Assembly (NCBI RefSeq): GCF_009914755.1
Contig: NC_060935.1
Length of the DNA stretch: 64,000 bases
Origin: the human T2T-CHM13v2.0 reference genome, Homo sapiens
Direction: 5' to 3' (one strand)
Below the pieces are notes generated by a model. That model did not search any database, was not told the origin of the DNA, and saw only the letters and a program-made list of their open reading frames with translations. Positions 60,101 to 64,000 of this stretch are shown one piece after another (within the stretch, counting starts at the first letter, position 1; each line of letters opens with the position of its first letter). The translations under genes were made by a program, and so were the position numbers.

Positions 60101-61816
60101 CTGTGATAAAAATGGCAGGGATAACAGAACAGGAAGGTGCCAGGGCCGGCCCCGCCCAATTTCCGTTGAAATCTGAGGCAGAGGATGAGCGCCTCTCCCT
60201 GGTGATGCATTTCAGTAACTTACATCACAGTCAGGAAGAGTTTATCAATGTCGCCCATCTCTATCTCCACCTTTGTGTGGGTCACCCTGAGTTGGATTTT
60301 TGTGAGCTCCATGTATGGCTAAAAAAAAAAAAGTGACCTTTCAGGTTCTCATTCCCTTGCAACCAACGTAAGACTGTCTTCCTTCAACAAACCTCCCAAA
60401 GTAGAGGGATAGGAGGCAGGTGTGGAAATATGCAGATAGAAGTGGTGAAGGAACAAAATGTCATGTCTTAAGCTCCAAGACAAAATCGTGTGGGAGCAGG
60501 AAATGTATTAATAAATTCTTTTTTGTTCTCTATTGTCCATGATGAATGACCACATTCAGCATCAATAACTGCAAACATTCCTGGGAAAGAGATATACATG
60601 CAAGCCCATCGCTCCTGCAGAAAGCAGTGGGTTGAATTCAATTTTGAGTCTGAAGGCAAATTTCACAGCCCTAAACAAAATTATCTGTGAGAGCTGCTGC
60701 CACAACCACACATGTAATAAAAGCAAGACCATTGTGGTTAAAGTGGGAGAATGACTCCCCAGAGTCATAAAAGATCGCAAGGCACTGGATGGTGGAGAAT
60801 TGCTACTCTTAAGTCCAGATCTTTTGAAACTACAAGACTCTGTTCTTACTGGGATTTCTACCAGGAAACACAACCTCCCTGGGAGTTCAGAGCATTTTCT
60901 GATCAGCCAGAACATGCCATTCTTCTCAGGAAAAAAAAAAAAAAAATCTCAGTAGGACATGCCAAAAGGGGTAGACACATATGTGTCCGGTTGAGGAGGA
61001 GAGAGAGAGAAGAGGGGAGCCCATTGCTAATGGCAATCACATATTTCTATGTTTGGGTGAAATTCAACCAGAGAGGACATTTTGGAAACAGATGCAAGAT
61101 GATGGATAATCAGCACGTCCCTCATTTACTGCTCATGGAACCTGCATTACTATGTTCACAGAAAGCAATGGAAGCACCTATTCTAGGGGAAAAGAAGATG
61201 AGGTGTGGGAGGTGAAGACAGGGATACAGGGAAAAAGTAGTGAAAAGGAGCAATGCAGGTATTTTGTTCAAAAATCTAGTCTTTGTGAACAAATATCAGT
61301 CAAGGCTGATGCACATGTAATTAATGCATAAAAGGGAAACTCCTTTTAATTGTTTTCATTGTTTTGAATGCAGAGGCAAACCTGGACCCCCAGTCTCTTA
61401 TATAAAGGTCTCATAGGAAAAAAGAGGAGGAAACCTAGTAGCTAGCTTTGGGATCAACTAGTTTGGCATTTACAAGGTTTGTCCGTTCCTGAATTTGTCC
61501 CTGCGGTGGGCTTTCTTTTCCCTTGGCATAGAACAGTGACTGTGATGAGCAGTCCCATAAAGCACAATATAAATTTTTATTATTATTGGATGGTGCTGCG
61601 GCTGGAACAGCACCGTTCTGCATGGAGGTTTTCCGACATATGATAATTACATTCTGTAGGTTTGCAAATAATGACATAACCCAGTCACCTTACTGTGGGT
61701 ATGATTTATTACAAATAACAAAATGTTATTATATGGAAATTAGTTTCCACACAACAGCTGACTAGAGGGGAGCACTCGAGAGCCACTTTAATCACTAAGA
61801 CAGGAACTGGTGGCAT

Positions 61817-61837
61817 TTCAGGACCGGGGACAGCGCC
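61817..61837 (+). promoter_or_regulatory. Candidate RE1/NRSE (REST binding site)
   Basis: TTCAGGACCGGGGACAGCGCC vs consensus TTCAGCACCNNGGACAGCGCC: one mismatch, canonical 2-nt spacer. Confidence 0.65.
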
Positions 61838-61921
61838 AGAACGGCCTCAGTCACCTTACTTGCTAGAAACACCTCTGCAAGAAGCAAACTGGGGGGCAGG
61901 TGTGTGGGAGCAGGGCCATGA

Positions 61922-62332
<411 letters not shown>

Positions 62333-62859
62333 TGACCTCCTATTTTTGCCCCTTAATTCTCCTTCCCTAACTTGGAAAGAAAATTGTCAACTTCAGAATC
62401 ATCCAGAACTCAAGTGCTTTTTTACACCTCTAGGAATATTGTCTTTACTTAAAGAAAAAAAGAAAAAAAAAAGCAACCAAAGACATATTCAGCCTGGGCA
62501 TACTGAGCGTATAGAAATATGCCTGGCCCAAACCCTAGACACAGGCCAGTCCTGATACAATATATATATTAAAGAAGTAAATATTTATTGGTCATTTAAT
62601 TGTTTAACATTTTCCTCCAACATGTGGGTGGTCACAGCTTACAAAAGAAAGCAGAACATGAAACCTTCAAACATTCTCTCCAGCTCTCCTCCCTCCCTTC
62701 TCCTCCACTGTCCAAGAATAAGAGACTTGGAATGCCAGTGTAACAGATCTCCCTACCTTGGTCATTTCCTGAAATTTTCCAAGGGGATTACTTTTTGTTA
62801 TAATGAATTTGTACAAGATAAAAATTAAAAAGATAGTAGTTTTCATAGAACCTTGATGT

Positions 62860-62990
62860 TTTCCCCTATTTTATGGAGTATAACTTATTACCCCACTTAA
62901 CTAAAGAGCAGGAATTCGTTCATTAACTTGCCCAAGGTTGAAGAGCAAAGGAAGCATTAGAACTCAGGTTTTTCTGACATCCCAATCCAA
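62860..62990 (-). mobile_element. MIR SINE fragment
   Basis: aacttgcccaaggt...ttagaactcaggtttttctgac. Confidence 0.55.
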
Positions 62991-64000
62991 GCTACGCCCA
63001 GCTATAACATGGGCATCTAGGGTGACTTAGGAGATTGCAGCTGTCCAACATGCAGCCACGGAAGCTGGGTTGAAATTGGTCTGGGGTCTATTATGGGCCC
63101 CCATGCCCCACTGGGAATCTTCATCTTTGCCTTCATTCAGAGACTGATCTAACTGATCTCTTTTATTCCCCAAACATAAAGTCCAAACATGTCTTTGCTC
63201 TTGTCTGTATAATTTCAGGGTTTGGGCTGGGTGGAGAAGGGGTTGAAGGAGGGGAAAAAGGGAGCAGGGAGGCAGTCTGTGTGGCAAGGAGGGGCAGCGC
63301 CAACTTTCCTGGGCACAAAGCGAGTTTGTCATGATCTCAAAATCAGGGCTGAATGGCTTTGGTTTAAACTGATTAGGAGCTCTGGGAGTTTTGAGAAGCA
63401 TTCTGACTATCCCATTCCGGAGCAGGATTTTTAGTGGTATATTTTTTTGGGGTTGATGCCTAAAGTTTTGAAAGGATAAATGCACTAAAAATTTAAACAT
63501 TGGGAAAGCAATCACTCAGTGACATTTAATAACACTAATGCAGCGGAATTACAGAATTATCACAGTAATACGGATCTCAACACCAGTTTCCTATCAATGA
63601 TTAGAGAATTCCTGACCAATTAACAATGAAACATTCCGTTGCAGCTTGGGTTAAATTTCAGGGCAGTAGCCGCAAAACCACCTCACAGGTGAATTTCACC
63701 TCTTGTTCCTTGATTTCTCAGGATGACCCTGAGGAGGGGACCCTGGATCCAGCCCTGTATTTTGGTTGCTACCAGGGGAATGTGCGGCTGCTTCCTCTTC
63801 ACTAGCCAGCCCTCTCAGCTACTGGATGGCCACATTTAGTTCTGGTCCATATACCTTCTTATTCACTGGGATACTTGTGACTGGAAGAGGATTTCCAAAT
63901 GGCTTCTCCTAATCATAGTTTTCAGTGGCTCCTTATTACTCATTCTCATAGCATTATGGAATAGACACTTCGAAATCTTCTAATGTTGGACACTTTTCTT

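Overview
This is primate (most likely human) non-coding genomic DNA, either a large intron or an intergenic region. It is CpG-depleted and contains about 17 Alu copies (including one AluY), L1PA/L1M, MIR, L2, MaLR (MLT1) and ERV1 solo LTRs (MER41A, LTR2/HERV-E type, LTR54-like), hAT-Charlie MITEs, one VNTR and several microsatellites. I find no supportable cellular protein-coding gene, RNA gene or CRISPR array, and I cannot name the locus. The only recognisable protein sequence is a broken LINE-1 ORF2. I do not see a new biological system. The clearest structural feature is a twin-priming (5'-inverted) L1PA2/3-type insertion with readable junctions, sitting inside an Alu whose linker is tandemly amplified. 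Also clear are a three-level nest (ERV1 LTR > Alu monomer > LTR2) and a closely spaced inverted Alu pair. Regulatory candidates are a near-consensus RE1/NRSE (REST) site and several repeat-free islands rich in RFX, E-box, SOX, POU and HOX-PBX motifs, which suggest the regulatory landscape of a neural or developmental gene (inference only). Repeat subfamily names come from remembered consensus sequences, and boundaries without TSDs are approximate.
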